A stretch of 60,433 nt of DNA, the filler included, from Sluysia triapertura (taxonomy: Eukaryota), in the NCBI GenBank assembly GCA_046118255.1. It is 5 parts of 5 records of this genome, joined end to end, with 100 filler letters (N's around TTAATTAATTAA, not from the genome) between each part and the next. Parts side by side here need not be neighbours in the genome. Positions count along the whole stretch, not along the records: positions 1 to 12,276 come from JBJNIA010123747.1; positions 12,377 to 23,791 come from JBJNIA010184979.1; 3 more parts are not named here. One strand, given 5' to 3'. A program made the translations under genes and the position numbers. Shown here piece after piece: positions 1 to 12,870 of the stretch. Each line of letters opens with the position of its first letter. The first letter of the stretch is position 1. Under the pieces are notes generated by a model. The model was not told where the DNA came from. It saw only the letters and a program-made list of their open reading frames with translations, and did not search any database.

Positions 1-1859
1 ACATTTTCCATTACAAAATTAAGTGTGAGGAATTAAAAATTAATTAAAATGTAAAAACTAAAGTTAAATTCATTATTGTTAAGTATGTAAATAATAATAA
101 TAATTGTTATTTTAATATAAGAAGTGATTCATGTAAAACTAGATCGAGTAAAGTATAAGAAAAAATGAGAGTTGATTGTTGTGTTTTGCTTGACAGGTCA
201 TACCATGTAAGTTCCAAAATCGTTTTAGTTGGTTTAATCTTTAAAAGAGGTTTCGATGATTTGTGTAAGAGAAATTCCTGATTGCGAATGTAGAAATGAT
301 TGGATGACAAAGGGTTATAAATTAGAATACTTAGAAATTTTTAGTCACACGTAAAAAATTGAATTTACTCGCCGCTGATTTCAAACAAGAAGATCCATGC
401 TTTCGGTATCATTTTGCTTTAATTTTTTTAAAAAAATTAATAAATATTGATTTTAATTACAATATTTTATTGATTTATTTAAAATAAATTTTTAAAATTT
501 GAATAGTTTTTCGTAAGGTTCATTATTGAATTACTCAATATAAAATTGTATTTTAAACAAATATTGAGGTATATTTTGTTCCAACATTTTTTATTTTTAG
601 TTAAAACTAAAGTATATTTTTGGGGATTCACTCATATTTTATAGTCAATTTTGTTATTTTGTTATTTTAATTTAAATGAGTGACACCCTTTTTTAAAGTG
701 AGTTTGTATGATGTTAAATTGATATTTTTAGAGTTCATTAGGCTATCATTGATATTTATTATTTTGATAGACTTTCATTTATTTTTAGCAGTCCTTAACA
801 ATTTCGTTTTTCAGACAATTGTTATTTTGTAGATTACTTCAAGTATATTAAAGTGTTGTTGTTTTTTGACTTTATTATTAACTAATGATAATATCATTAT
901 TGACTATCGATTTTATTCGACCATAAGAAATATAATAATTTTATATAATATTAATATAATCACAAATTTATTACATATAATAATTTTTTATATAATAAAA
1001 TCACAATAATAAAATCACAAATTCGGCGTTAATTAGTTAACGTTTATTCTATCTTCATTCTATTCAGTCTATTTCTATTCAGATCTCTCTCCTCACACAC
1101 CTTTACATATGTAACAATATATTCCTTATTGTTTAATATTGGAATTTGAGAGTGAGTTTATCACTCACTTCCTTAAAAAAAGAATGAACTTATCAATAAG
1201 AATCTTAGGGGTTATATAAATTATTGAAGAAACAGCTATGCCACCAAATGCAAGTAAAATCTCAAGAAATGCGATTTTATTTTTTTAGAATAAGTGTAAA
1301 CTTTCCATCGAATGTAAAAATCTTTTCAACAAATATAGATATAATTTTTCAAAATAAATGTAAACTTCCCACTGAATGTATTTCAGGATATCTGTATAAA
1401 TGCCGATTAAATTTAAACTTTAAAAAATTATTTCTAAACTTCTATTTATATACTTATTTAAACTTGTTTTATTTGATTATTTTCATTTAATTTAAAATTA
1501 ATTTACAGGTAAAAATTCGGATTAAAAAATGATTAAATAAAATTTGACAATAATTTAATAGCATTTGTTGTTTATCAATCACCTTGTGGTGTAATGTTAA
1601 GTAGCTTAGTTTATTTATAATGGTTTGATTATTAAAAATCTTTGAATATAATTTTATTAAGCTTTTATTAAAAAATATTATATGAAATTGGAAATTAATC
1701 TTATCTTTAATGAAAAACTTTAATACAAAATTAAACTTAATTTCTCAGAATTCAAGAAAAATATAAAAACAAAAGCTACAACTATTTGTTTTCATTGTCT
1801 TTAAGCACAAAACATATAATTTTAAACATAGTTTGTATTCTTATCGAATATATCATGGG

Positions 1860-2576
1860 ATGTTTTCAATTATAACTCTGAACAAATAAGAATATAAAAA
1901 TTGACTTTTATCAAGACAAATGAAAATAAAATTTAAAATTACTTTAGCGTCTTTTTGAATAACTGGATCAAATGGTATCATAGTCAAGTTTGCTAAAAGG
2001 GCATTTATTCGATCATAGTGTTCATTGTGATCAGTTGGATAGCCGAAAATATCTTGAAATTCATGGAAACTGTGGGAATATTGACAAATTTTACCATATT
2101 TCGAACAATCGCCAGATGGTCTAGTGTCGACTTATATGCAAAGGTTTATCGCCATCATTGAAAAACTTAAAATAGATAATTTTTAATATATCATTTGGCA
2201 AGTTTGTCCTAAATGATGTAACTTTATTTGTCATGACAAAGGAAACTAAATCTATTAATTTGTGAACAATTAGAAGTGCGTTAATGAGTACTCGTATAAC
2301 TTGATCATCGATTGTTATTATGGATCTATCAAAACTTTTATCTCGCATTATTGACCTGCATTTCAAAGCATGAACATAATTCAAACTTAATAATATGACC
2401 TTATTATTACTGGTACTAATCATGGCGGATTCATTAGAGTGAAGTGTACATATTCGTTTTGTCACACTTCTTGTACGAATATTTTGCATTTGTATTAATC
2501 TAACATAGATTTCATTAATTCTAAAATTCGGAAAATTTGTAACTTTCCGTAGTACTATATATAATTGATGAAACAT
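1860..2576 (-). pseudogene. Frameshifted gene remnant with a CCCH zinc finger, possibly NYN/PIN-CCCH (Regnase/ZC3H12-like)
   Basis: 151-aa ORF 2576-2121 continues after a frameshift as LCI*VDTRPSGDCSKYGKICQYSHSFHE, a C..C..YG..C...H CCCH pattern. Upstream KRICTLHSNESAMISTSNNKV and IDDQVI only loosely resemble the NYN motifs (VIDGSNVAM, DDRFI). Confidence 0.35.
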
Positions 2577-2969
2577 AATAGCTAAAACTAATTTTTTATT
2601 TCTAATTACTGGATAATTGTTCTCTCTTTAAAATATTGTGATAAATTACATTCATCTTGACATATACCATCTTTTATTTGATTGCTGTTAACAGAATAAA
2701 CAATATAATCACTTTTTAAATTATCTATTTCACTAAAGTTGAATAACATATTTCCAAAAAACATATTTAGATGACATAATAAAAAAACTAATTGACTTTT
2801 CGATATCTAATTCATTTACAGAAAGCATCAATATTTATTTAACTTCTATTTTAATTTTTGTTTAAGCAAATACCATAAAACTTTTTAAAACACGTTTTGA
2901 ATTGTCACTTTTTGATCTACGTTTTGCAAATTGTGATTGAGATTAATTTTTTATTTTATGTTGTTAATG

Positions 2970-2989
2970 TTGATTGGACGTCCAATCAA
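2970..2989. promoter_or_regulatory. Perfect 20-bp palindrome of two inverted CCAAT boxes
   Basis: TTGATTGGACGTCCAATCAA, about 400 bp upstream of the minus-strand ORF ending at 2576. Sequence is certain; regulatory role is inferred. Confidence 0.4.
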
Positions 2990-3059
2990 TTGCTATATTT
3001 AAAAAGACAGCTACGAACATGCATGTATGCCGATTGAGATATTATATCAACTACACTGA

Positions 3060-4143
3060 CATGTAATTAACTGTCATCAGTCGACAGTTCATGAGGTATG
3101 TTAAAATGTTTTAAATTAAACTGTTGACTAGTGACAGGGTGTGATTAAAAAATGGCAATAAAAATGATAATATAATTAATTTTAATAATGCAATAAAATA
3201 ATAATAATAATGATAATAAAATGGTTATCATTATTAAATAAAATAAAATGATAGTAATTATATAATAACGAAAAATAAAAATGAAATAAATTGTAACAAA
3301 GAAAAATACGTAAATCTTTGTCTTGAAATAAAATTTTCTTATTTTATTCTTTAAACAAGATCTTTTTAAATTACTCTATTTCTTGACATATTTAAAATTT
3401 CTTAAAAATGATTTCTTCTATAAAAATAAAATTCTTTTAAGATTCTTTTGAAAAAGACCTTGTTCAGTGATTTATATATGTAATATAGAAAGGGTTCATA
3501 GGAGAATTTTTAAAGAAAATAAAACGTAACTAAAGATGTCAAAGAAGTAACAATTTGATTGCAAGGTCTAAAAATGATTTCAAAGTATTAATTTAATGTT
3601 TTCAGTGATATTAAATATTGAGTGTTAAGGATTGTAAACTTGAAATATTTGGATTGATTTTCAAGATGTAAATTTGATAATTTGAGATGTAATTGTGATT
3701 CTAATATTATAAAATCATGAATAAATGTTTAAAAGAGTTTTTAGATGTATATTGATGGTTTTGAATGTAATTATGATTTGGATATTGAAAGCTTTTGAAT
3801 TAAAATGTTTTGAATAAAATTTCATGTGTATTAATGGTTTTGAAATGAGACTAGCTTTAGTGGATCTGAAAGAAATAAAATATAAAAAAGGTTTTGATAA
3901 TGAAATAAGTTAAATGTTATGGAATGTGGTTTTTATGTGCGATATGTTGAATTAAATTTGCAATGTTTTGAATTAATTTTTAAGTATATGTTTGATGACT
4001 TTCCATGTCCAATATGATTTTGATGTTATGAAATTTTATGTTTGAAATGTTTGCAAGTATTAACAATTATGAAATGCTTCGAAGAATAATTTTGTTGTGC
4101 AGTAATGAAATAAAATTTTTGAAGTATTGGGTTGGCCACCACA
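3060..4143 (-). mobile_element. Interspersed repeat family R1 (LTR-like terminus TGTGGTGGCCAAC), copy 1
   Basis: Ends in GTTGGCCACCACA (4131-4143). Shares the block TTTAGTGGATCT..A.GA.ATAA...AAA...GGTTTTG with 44490-45462. Related termini at 17271, 35554, 56983 and 57958. Confidence 0.6.
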
Positions 4144-4802
4144 CACCTAACTTTATTAATTTTTTTAATAATAATAATAATAATTTGATTTATTTATTTG
4201 TCAATTTGTTTTTTAAATATTTTTACATACAGATATACAGATATGGTGCAGATAGCATACATGCTATAGTACCATGTCAGGACAGATCATCATGACAGAG
4301 GCAACATAACCTGAAACAGGAATATTAATATAATAATAAAGTAATAAATAATAATAATAATATTATAATAATATAATATATAATAATAATAACAAAAAAT
4401 TACTTTTCAACTTTGATAACCTAAATAAGAAATAATTAGTTAATGAAAAAAATGAAACCTGTTGCATAGTATGATAATAAATTAAAATAATATTATAAAT
4501 AATAATTAAAATAATAACAGCCGTTAAGTGTTAAATTAATGATAGTAAAAAAGGAAAAATCAGCTTAAGAACTGCTATTTAATAAAATTTATATAAATCC
4601 ACAATTATATGTGGTGACGAGCATTCGTAGCGCAATCATAAACCGTGGAACGTAAGTTAACAAATTATTAAATATTTGTTTATTAAAAAAATAATTCAGT
4701 AATCGTTTTCATAGCTACAGACACTCCAACTGTATGTTTTAAGTCGTTTAAGTTAATTCATTTCACTAAAGTGTTCTGTTTTAAGCAAAATAGTAGAATG
4801 CA

Positions 4803-5390
4803 TACCGAGTTCCCCGAAAATACAACAGGACTTATATTAATTTTCATTCCAAAATATGACACTAGGGCTTATTTTTTAGGGGTATCCTATTTTCATCTAT
4901 CGAAAACAAAGTTACAAAGTAGAGAATTATGAAATTTCTAAATGCACAAAAAACACTTACTACATTTACAAATAAATAACACCTTTTGTTTGAAAACCAC
5001 TAACTATAAATCATTCAATCGTGTTTCTGTCACAATGAACATTCTTAATTTAAATGATTTTTATTATTTCAAGTCACTCTAAGGGATGTTATGCTGTGAT
5101 GATTGCGAATATAATCTTGTTGTCGAAAGTGAATCACAATCAGAATCTTGTTACAATCAGTCACAGTCAAAAAGTGAACCAGAGTGCTTTGACAATGAAG
5201 GTATCCCAGAATATATTATAACTTAAAGTTAATTATGTTTTAAATACAGAAGTATATGATAAATAATGTATTGAACGCCGTCTCAGACATTAATTAACTT
5301 TTATTAGGTAGTCTAAACGGCTATCAACCAAGGCTTATTTTTGAGGTAGGCCTTAAACTAAATCAGAGAGGGTCTTATTGTACACTTTTC
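4803..5390. mobile_element. Non-autonomous Tc2/pogo-like DNA transposon remnant
   Basis: Starts TA-CCGAGTTCCCCGAAAATA. Recurrent subterminal motifs AGGGCTTATTTT / GGGTCTTATT near both ends (about 4864, 5331, 5370) are typical of CCGTNTTTCCCCGAAAATAAG-type TIR elements. Right TIR is truncated. Confidence 0.55.
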
Positions 5391-6639
5391 ATTTGGTATA
5401 TCTTTAATAAATTATTATAATGTGATTTGAAATTTGTCATATTGTTAAAAAGTAAAAGAAAGAAGTTTTCTATCACAGATCCTATAAAAATTGTACTTTA
5501 GTTCTTGTTAAGCTGACATGTTAATAGTAAAGAAAATAATGCAATAAAGATTGTATTACGACACTCGAAAAAACCTTCGTCAAACTAATTTAAATAAGCT
5601 TAAGTAACTTATAGGTGTGTCTGCTATGAGTTATAAGACAAACCCATAAATTATAATTTTATTTTACTGTAGAAACCCTACAATTATTATTATTTTTTAT
5701 TTTTATTAATATTATTATTATTAATTTTGCTATTTTTCATAATTATTTTAATTAGGGTTTATTTACAATTTTTTCATTTTAGTTCCAAAAATTATTTAAA
5801 TAAACATTGTAGTTCAAATGTTCAAAAAGTAAACAGTGACTTAATAAATACTTAATTCATATTTGGTTAATAATTCATAATTTGGTCTAGGAGAGCTATT
5901 ATTTAACTGTAGACATTAAATTAATAACTGTTTAAAACATATGGATAATGAAAAATAAAAATTAAATTGGATATTATTATAATGTTAACTAATTAATATT
6001 TATATTCAAATTTCAATTCATCTATCATTTAACTTAAATTGGGTAAGATAAAATCAAAGTTTGTAAAAGTAAATTTTAAATAAAAATATAGTAATTAATA
6101 TTGTAAAATATTGTAATTACTTAGGTAAATTTCGATAAATTTATATAATTAATTAATAAAAAGAAATTATTTCAAGAATTAATATTTTAATATAAATAAA
6201 AAGTATTAATATTGCTGAGTTTTCTTACTTAGACTTACGAATAAAGTAAAAGATTTTCTTATGGCGAGTCCATCAACGTACTAGGCCTAGTCGTTGGGTT
6301 TAAATGAAAAGCTTTATGTGGAGATCAAAATTTTATTTGCACGTTTGTGACTTAATCGTTAATTTATCTTGCTACAAAAATATTTGGACACTAAATTTCT
6401 TGTTAATTATAAGTTAGCGATAAATCCTATGAAAATGATTTATATTAAATATAGATTTTACGTGTCCGAATGAAATTCGGAGAAAACTTGTATATATTAT
6501 GTAATTTATTATTTTACGGAGATACTTAATCTATCTATATCCTATAAAAATAAACTAACGTTACAGAATTAACAATATTGTTTTTATAGTTCAAGGCCTC
6601 GATGATGAATAAATATTTATTAATACGGAACTTACAAAA

Positions 6640-6900
6640 ATTATGTACAAATTGTTTTTGTATAAAAGCATAATGTCAAACATTTTGCATATACACAATG
6701 ATTGTTATGATGACGAAATATGCATTTTTTTGAAACTCTTTTAAGTTTACTGGGTATCACATTATACAAAACTATTTTTAACTATGGAAATAGATTTTTA
6801 TATACATGTAATTTTCTGCACCAAATGTATAAAATGCTGTCTGTTTAATATCTTACTTGAGTTTGATTTCACTGTACAAAGCTTTATTTCTACAATAATT
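6640..6900 (-). pseudogene. Small Cys/His-rich ORF remnant, probably a Polinton accessory gene
   Basis: Minus-strand fragments AFYTFGAE... and CIFRHHNNHCVYAKCLTL, co-oriented and just downstream of the protease remnant. Confidence 0.3.
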
Positions 6901-7139
6901 GATGTTTCAGTAAATATTTGTTTGTTTTAGTTTTTCGTTCATTTCATGTCTTAGATAAAACCAGTCGATTACGTTTCTAATACACAATTCTTCAATTAAT
7001 AATTTATTTTTATTATTAACAAAACTTTCATATCAATGAAGGCAAAATCCATTTAATATTTTTTCTCCATCTACAAATTTTTATTTATACAAAAAAGACA
7101 ATTAACACAAATATATTTATATAAAATTGTTTTCACAAA

Positions 7140-7502
7140 TATTATTACAAATATTACAACCACAAAATACATAATTGTTCACAACGAATTGTTATTATAT
7201 TTGAACTTTTGTTTATTGAAATGTACGGGTCTACCACTTTGAATAAAGCGATGAACTAATGAATTTGGGTAAAAAAAACTAAATGGATCAAATACATCAG
7301 TACATTCAAATTTCGCATAAATTGCAAGCCAGCGTTCATCATCAAAATTACTGGTATATGTATTTATAATGTAATCACCTTCATTCAAATATGATGGAAG
7401 ATGGGTATACATCTTAAACTCACTTTGAAGCAGAGCAGTACTAACTTGATTAATTTCTAAATAACTAATTAAATGACAATAAAATAAAAACTTCACTTTC
7501 AA
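7140..7502 (-). pseudogene. Polinton/Maverick adenain-like (C5) cysteine protease remnant
   Basis: LPSYLNEGDYIINTYTSNFDDERWLAIY...DVFDPFS matches the pattern LP..YIVNTD.S..PGEHW.AIY..EYFDSYG, with the catalytic His changed to Arg. After a frameshift, CEQLCILWL matches CGQYC..FL. Confidence 0.75.
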
Positions 7503-7504
7503 TG

Positions 7505-8215
7505 TGATAATGAGTCATTATTTATTTGTACTTCATTATCGAATACACAATATATCAAAACCTTTGGAAAATTTAATGTCTAATCTCAAGTTTCCTTGTT
7601 GTGTCAATTGTTTTTGGTCGATATAAAATCAGGACAATGAAAAGAATGGATAATCTAGTTTGAATTTAGTCATTCCTATTACATTGTTTATATTTTTATT
7701 AAAATATTTTAAGTTTCTATTAATTGAATGCATGTAATTTTTAACGACTATGTTCATATTTCCAAAATTCACTGTATAAATTTCTTGATAATCTGCGTTT
7801 CAACATAAACCAACTGATTCGACATAGTTCTTTTAATTCTATCTTTAGATTGAGATGTAACCAAAACAAATTTCGTAATCATGAATCACTGAAATATTAA
7901 TATACTTTTCCAACACAAAAAATTAAATTAATTGTTTCTTCTGCTATAACCGGTTGTTGATAGAAACTCATCATTAAGTTGGTAATACTTTTAATATCTG
8001 AAGTAAAACAAAATTAAAGACTAATAATAAAAAATTATATTCATTTAGATTCTCCGATGCTCTCGGAATGTGATCAAGTGTAATGACATCCAGTTGTTCA
8101 CCATTTAATTTTTTAATTAATTTTGTGATGCTGTATATCCTCTCAATTTCAACCGCATTTAGGAGAACTACTTGATATTGGTTGCAACTTAGAAGAAGAT
8201 CCATTGGATTCATGA
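7505..8215 (-). pseudogene. Polinton/adintovirus double-jelly-roll major capsid protein remnant, internally deleted
   Basis: C-terminal NNVIGMTKFKLDYPFFSL..QQGNLRLDIKFSK, then (frameshift) VLIYCVFDNEVQINND, matches GNLRLE.KF...V.VYAEFDN.IEID. N-terminal MDLL...YQVVLLNAVEIERIYSI...IP resembles LDLF...TQTSI...EY.P. Confidence 0.75.
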
Positions 8216-10170
8216 TAATTTTAAATGATTGCAAATGAACTTATTTGTCTATTAATTTTTTACTTGAAATTATCCAATTAGAACTGAGATACCAAATCAT
8301 TTTTAATTTGTTTTATTAATTCAGCGAAATCTAAGTTTCTAATTCCAAACAAAACTTTACCAGTATCAAAAATATTGATAAACAAAGAATTGTACTTCAA
8401 ATATCATAGAACCAGAAAAATCCAGGTTCAACATGCATTGACTGCAAAATTTCGTTGAGAGCTTGCATAAATTAATTGATTCTGTCCATTTTGAATGACC
8501 ATGATTGTGTGCAATACATTCCGACTCTGATTAAGTATGAAATATATTCTATTAGTTTCTTACATCCACTAATTCTGCTTTTACAATTAACACAAATAAC
8601 CAATACATAATCTTATAATTTACATACGTACTGTTTTGGCTTCCATTGATTAAATTTTAAATGAATAATATTATCTAAAACGCGAACTTTGTCATTAATA
8701 TTTGCTAATATGTCACGTAAGAAATGACAAAATGATTTCTTTGCACCTATTCATGTGCATACATTTTATTCCATAAATTATTACATTCTTTGTTCTATTT
8801 TTTCTGTCCATCCATACACTAAAAGAATTTACATAAAATATGAAGAGCGTTTTCTATTGTATCATTTTTCATGTTTATAAAGCAATTCAAAATTTACCAA
8901 AGTCATCAGGTACATCATCAGGGACCAACATCGGTTGGCTTACTAAAATAGTCACCCAATGGCAAACCAAAATTTTCATCCGAAATAGATACATTAGATA
9001 CAGAATTAAATGAAACACCAATATATTAAAATACAAAAAACCTAGAATATAATATACTATTTACAAATTCAAAACACGTGTAAGTCTATCTGATGCTATT
9101 TTCTTAGGAATAAGTAAAGAATATATAATATTTCTAAATGAAATACTAAACAAATTCAAAGTACAAAATATAATTCCAGAACATACTTTTATTGGCTAAT
9201 GAAAAAACAGTGTTACAAGAATAATAGAAAATACCTCATCTACGAAAATATTGTTGCATATACATCAATTTGATAAGTCGGAGGTGGTTGCGATAATATT
9301 TATTACTCAAAATAGATTTTATTTATTTATAATATGAGCTTATAAAGTTCTACTATCACTCTATAAACCAATAACTAAAAATACATATTCAATTTACGAA
9401 CACCAAATACAAATTTAATATTTTCACTCTAACCAAAACATTCAACTAATAAGATCTTCTCAAACTTGTACCCGTGCTAACCACAGTAAACCACGAGTAA
9501 ATCATATGTTCGAGATAAACCAATCCCCAGATGGGTTACTTTAGAACATTTTGATCATAAAGAATTATAAATTCTAAATTAAAATTCAAACAATTTATAA
9601 CCTAACTGGAATAAAGTGTGTTACACAAAAAGACAGACATTTATTGATTACAAAATCTATTTTCCATTGTCAATTAATGTTTGAAATTTAATTATAAAGA
9701 ATAGTTTATTGGTTTTTTAAAACTAATTAAAATAATTTCTTTTCTGATTATAAAATTCACTATAGAACTAAAATAATAAATTTGATTAACAATTAATTTA
9801 ATTTATAAAAGTATGAAAATGGCGTTATTTGTGTAGTTTTATTTTTTCTTCTAAGCCATACGTTTAGTCTCATGCAAAGCTTTAAAAGTTTGTGCATGTA
9901 AAGTGTATTCTTTTTCAATTTTTACACTTATTAGTAATATAATAATGCGAATGTAAGAGGTATCATCAAAGATCTTCTCGTGGTTACGTTCAATATTAAA
10001 AAATAAGAAAATAATAAATTGAATAAGTAATGAATAATTAGGATTTGACGAAGTTTTAAGTGGTACGCACGCAACGGTTTGAATTCATTTTATTTATAAA
10101 TAATTAATTTTATTTAAATAATTAATAATTAGCTGTTTTTATAAGAAAAAAGCTTAAGCACCTTCTTTGT

Positions 10171-10323
10171 AGACCTAAAGTGCTACAAAATAATGATAGT
10201 GTAATTGACTATAATAAAACAAAATTGTTAGACGGGGCAGTGATCAGAGCATCGAACTGCACAGCTGTGAAGAGAGAAGTGCCGGGTTCGATTTCCGGTC
10301 AGTTCATTTATTGAAGTCTAATA
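10171..10323 (+). mobile_element. tRNA-cassette mini-LTR family, degenerate copy A
   Basis: Shares the upstream AATTGACTATAATAAAA(C/T)AAAA..AGACGGG, a B-box GGTTCGAT and the 3' GAAGTCTAA with 59291-59447. The A-box region is partly deleted. Confidence 0.7.
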
Positions 10324-10899
10324 TTTAAAAACTTAGAACGTGTGCAGAATCGGCTTTAAAGTCATTTGAATTATTAAATATGAATTTTAATGAGTTCGGT
10401 CGTATAATCATTGAACTATCAGCCCAATGTAACAATTTATTTTCATTATCAACAACAATTTTTAAAAGTTGTAATTAAATAAGTGGGCTAAGTAAATTTT
10501 GTTTTTTGTAAAACCATTATGTTTTATAATTTTATAATTCTTCACGGACTGCATCAAGCATATTCACTATGTTTTCTTATACGAATTTTTACGGGAAATT
10601 TTACCAGAGTCAATAAATGATTATCATTAAGTATTAAGTATTTTATATTGTCATTTTTTAGTTTGTATTTTATAAATGTTAACCAATCTTCCAATTGTTT
10701 TAATATAATACATTATTAGTTTCCTATTTTCAAAGATATTATGATTTGTGGTAAATGAAGTTAAGAACTATACCAAACTTAATAAATTGGAAAGTAAAAC
10801 AAATGTGTAGCCAAATAATTCTATGTATGTATGTCTTGTTTTTAGTTGATACTAAGTACAGAATATAGAATTTAAATGATTTTAAATTCTACTGATGAA

Positions 10900-11155
10900 T
10901 TTATTGATAATCCATATGTTGGGATTTGTGAGAAACTAACAGAACTATAACATAAAGGAAGAACTTATACAAATTGATGGATTTAACATTATAAACATTG
11001 TCGAAATAAGAATCATGAAAGTAAAAAAGTCTATAATAATGTTAACAGCTAAAAAATATCTTGGCATTCCAAAAACCTATATAAGGTGTTGAGGCATTAT
11101 GGAAGGTTGAAAATGACTTTTGAAGACAAAGGTACCTTTGAATTTGTGAATCTTT
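10900..11155. repeat. Interspersed repeat family R2, partial copy
   Basis: AGCTAAAAAA...TTGGCATTCCAAA and AAGGTAC(C/T)TTTGAA are shared with 57240-57930; related to 41865-42400 and 53945-54260. Confidence 0.6.
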
Positions 11156-11175
11156 ATTTTATTATTGTTATTTTA

Positions 11176-11176
<1 letters not shown>

Positions 11177-11226
<50 letters not shown>
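11177..11226. repeat. (TAT)n microsatellite
   Basis: Direct trinucleotide run. Confidence 0.95.
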
Positions 11227-12276
11227 TGGTATTTTGGGGAAATATCTCAAAATTAGTCTTGTGTAAGACACCATTCTCAATTTATTTTAAAAATATTTTA
11301 AGTTAATTATTTGATTTTTAGCTATTTGTAAAATAATTTTGTGGAAGACAATCTGCTTAATTTATTTTTAAAATTTCTGGATATTTATATTTTTAGGGTC
11401 TGTTGCGTCACCCATGGTTTACTTAGTCAGAGTGTCATAAACGTTATTGTTAATCTCGTCATTTTAGTGATTTATAGAATTGTTTAGTGGAGATTTTATA
11501 ATAATAATTTGTATTTGATTTTTGTTTAACCATTAAATTATTGTGTTGTTATTAATTTGATTTTCAAAAACTTATTTTTTTGGTGAATTATTAATATTAT
11601 CAATATAAGAGAATTTTTGAAAATTTATATTTGATATAGTGAGTACTTAAATTATTGAGATTCTTTTTTAGCTAATTAAATTGATATTGATTTATCACAG
11701 CTACTAATTTTCAAAGACGCAACATATACAATACTTTGAGATACTATTGTAAATAACAAATACTAAATAACGCACATTTTCGTTTTGTCTAATACATTGA
11801 TTATTTTATTGATTTTTAACTATCTATAATATTTGTAACTATTCATAATTTTATATTTTGTAATTTTTGTTATAATTTTTGATTTTTAATTAATTGGATT
11901 ATTTTCGAATTGGACTATAAACTAACGTGAATAATTATATTAAATTTTAAATTATAAACTTTAAAATTAATCAAATTTCAAATTACTTTTGTTTTAATAA
12001 ATGAAATAAATAATTTGTTTTAATCTGGCCAAATTAAATAGTCATAAAATTTAACAACAAAACACAATTTTCTGTTAATTCAAATTTTGTTAATCAATTT
12101 TTACAAAATTTTTGTCGAAGCAAAAAGAAAGGAACCAAACTTTTGAGGACTAAGAAAAAATTCCTAAGAAAAAAATTAAATTTTTATTGAATTTCTCCTT
12201 AAACATTAGTTTATGATGTTAAGTTTTGGATATAGAATATATCCTCGCAAAATACACGTAAATTAACTTTCTATAA

Positions 12277-12376
12277 NNNNNNNNNNNNNNNNNNNNNNNN
12301 NNNNNNNNNNNNNNNNNNNNTTAATTAATTAANNNNNNNNNNNNNNNNNNNNNNNNNNNNNNNNNNNNNNNNNNNN
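12277..12376. other. Assembly gap with synthetic all-frame-stop linker
   Basis: 44 N + TTAATTAATTAA + 44 N. The same construct occurs at 23792-23891, 37106-37205 and 49170-49269. Plain N gaps at about 17685-17813 and 58269-58402. Confidence 0.95.
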
Positions 12377-12699
12377 TTTGAAAATAAATCAATAATTAAC
12401 ACATCAATAAATATTTAATATTACAAACCAGTAATTATTTATAGAGTCATACAAATATAAAATCAATAATATTAATTTTCTATTAATCATCATTATTAGT
12501 TTAGTCATATTAATGCATGTCAATACAAATACCAATGCATATTTTATGTTGTATGTCATCGTACAAATTACAAATGTAATATTAGTCATCTTAGTCATCA
12601 CAATAATAATAACAACGACAATAATAATAATTATAAATTGTTATGACTGTGTTTATATTTTGTATGTATTGAGTCAGTACAATAAGGTGTAAATTTCCT

Positions 12700-12870
12700 T
12701 ATGAATCATGAGTGCAGTGAAATCTATGGATGCATCAATAGAAGCTGGAACTCGTGACAAAGCCCGTCACAAAAGTAAAAAGAAAATGGAACAAGGTATA
12801 GGAGAATTGGAAGATTCTCTTGATACAGTAAACTGATAGCAATGTATAGAAATTCCAACAGCAAGCTAAG
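12700..12870 (+). pseudogene. Isolated myosin heavy chain/paramyosin rod fragment
   Basis: 12708-12836 translates MSAVKSMDASIEAGTRDKARHKSKKKMEQGIGELEDSLDTVN*, matching myosin II tail RAIESMQASLEAE.RGKAEA...KKKLE.DINELE.ALD.AN. It is followed out of frame by KFQQQ. Confidence 0.7.

Noticed and set aside
4596-4645. Hammerhead-ribozyme-like layout (also near 36447 and 50736)
   Set aside because: Core CUGANGA and/or GAAA is mutated and stem III does not form.
12321-12332. Recurrent TTAATTAATTAA palindrome (4 times)
   Set aside because: Always centred in a 100-bp N block; it is a scaffolding linker, not biology.
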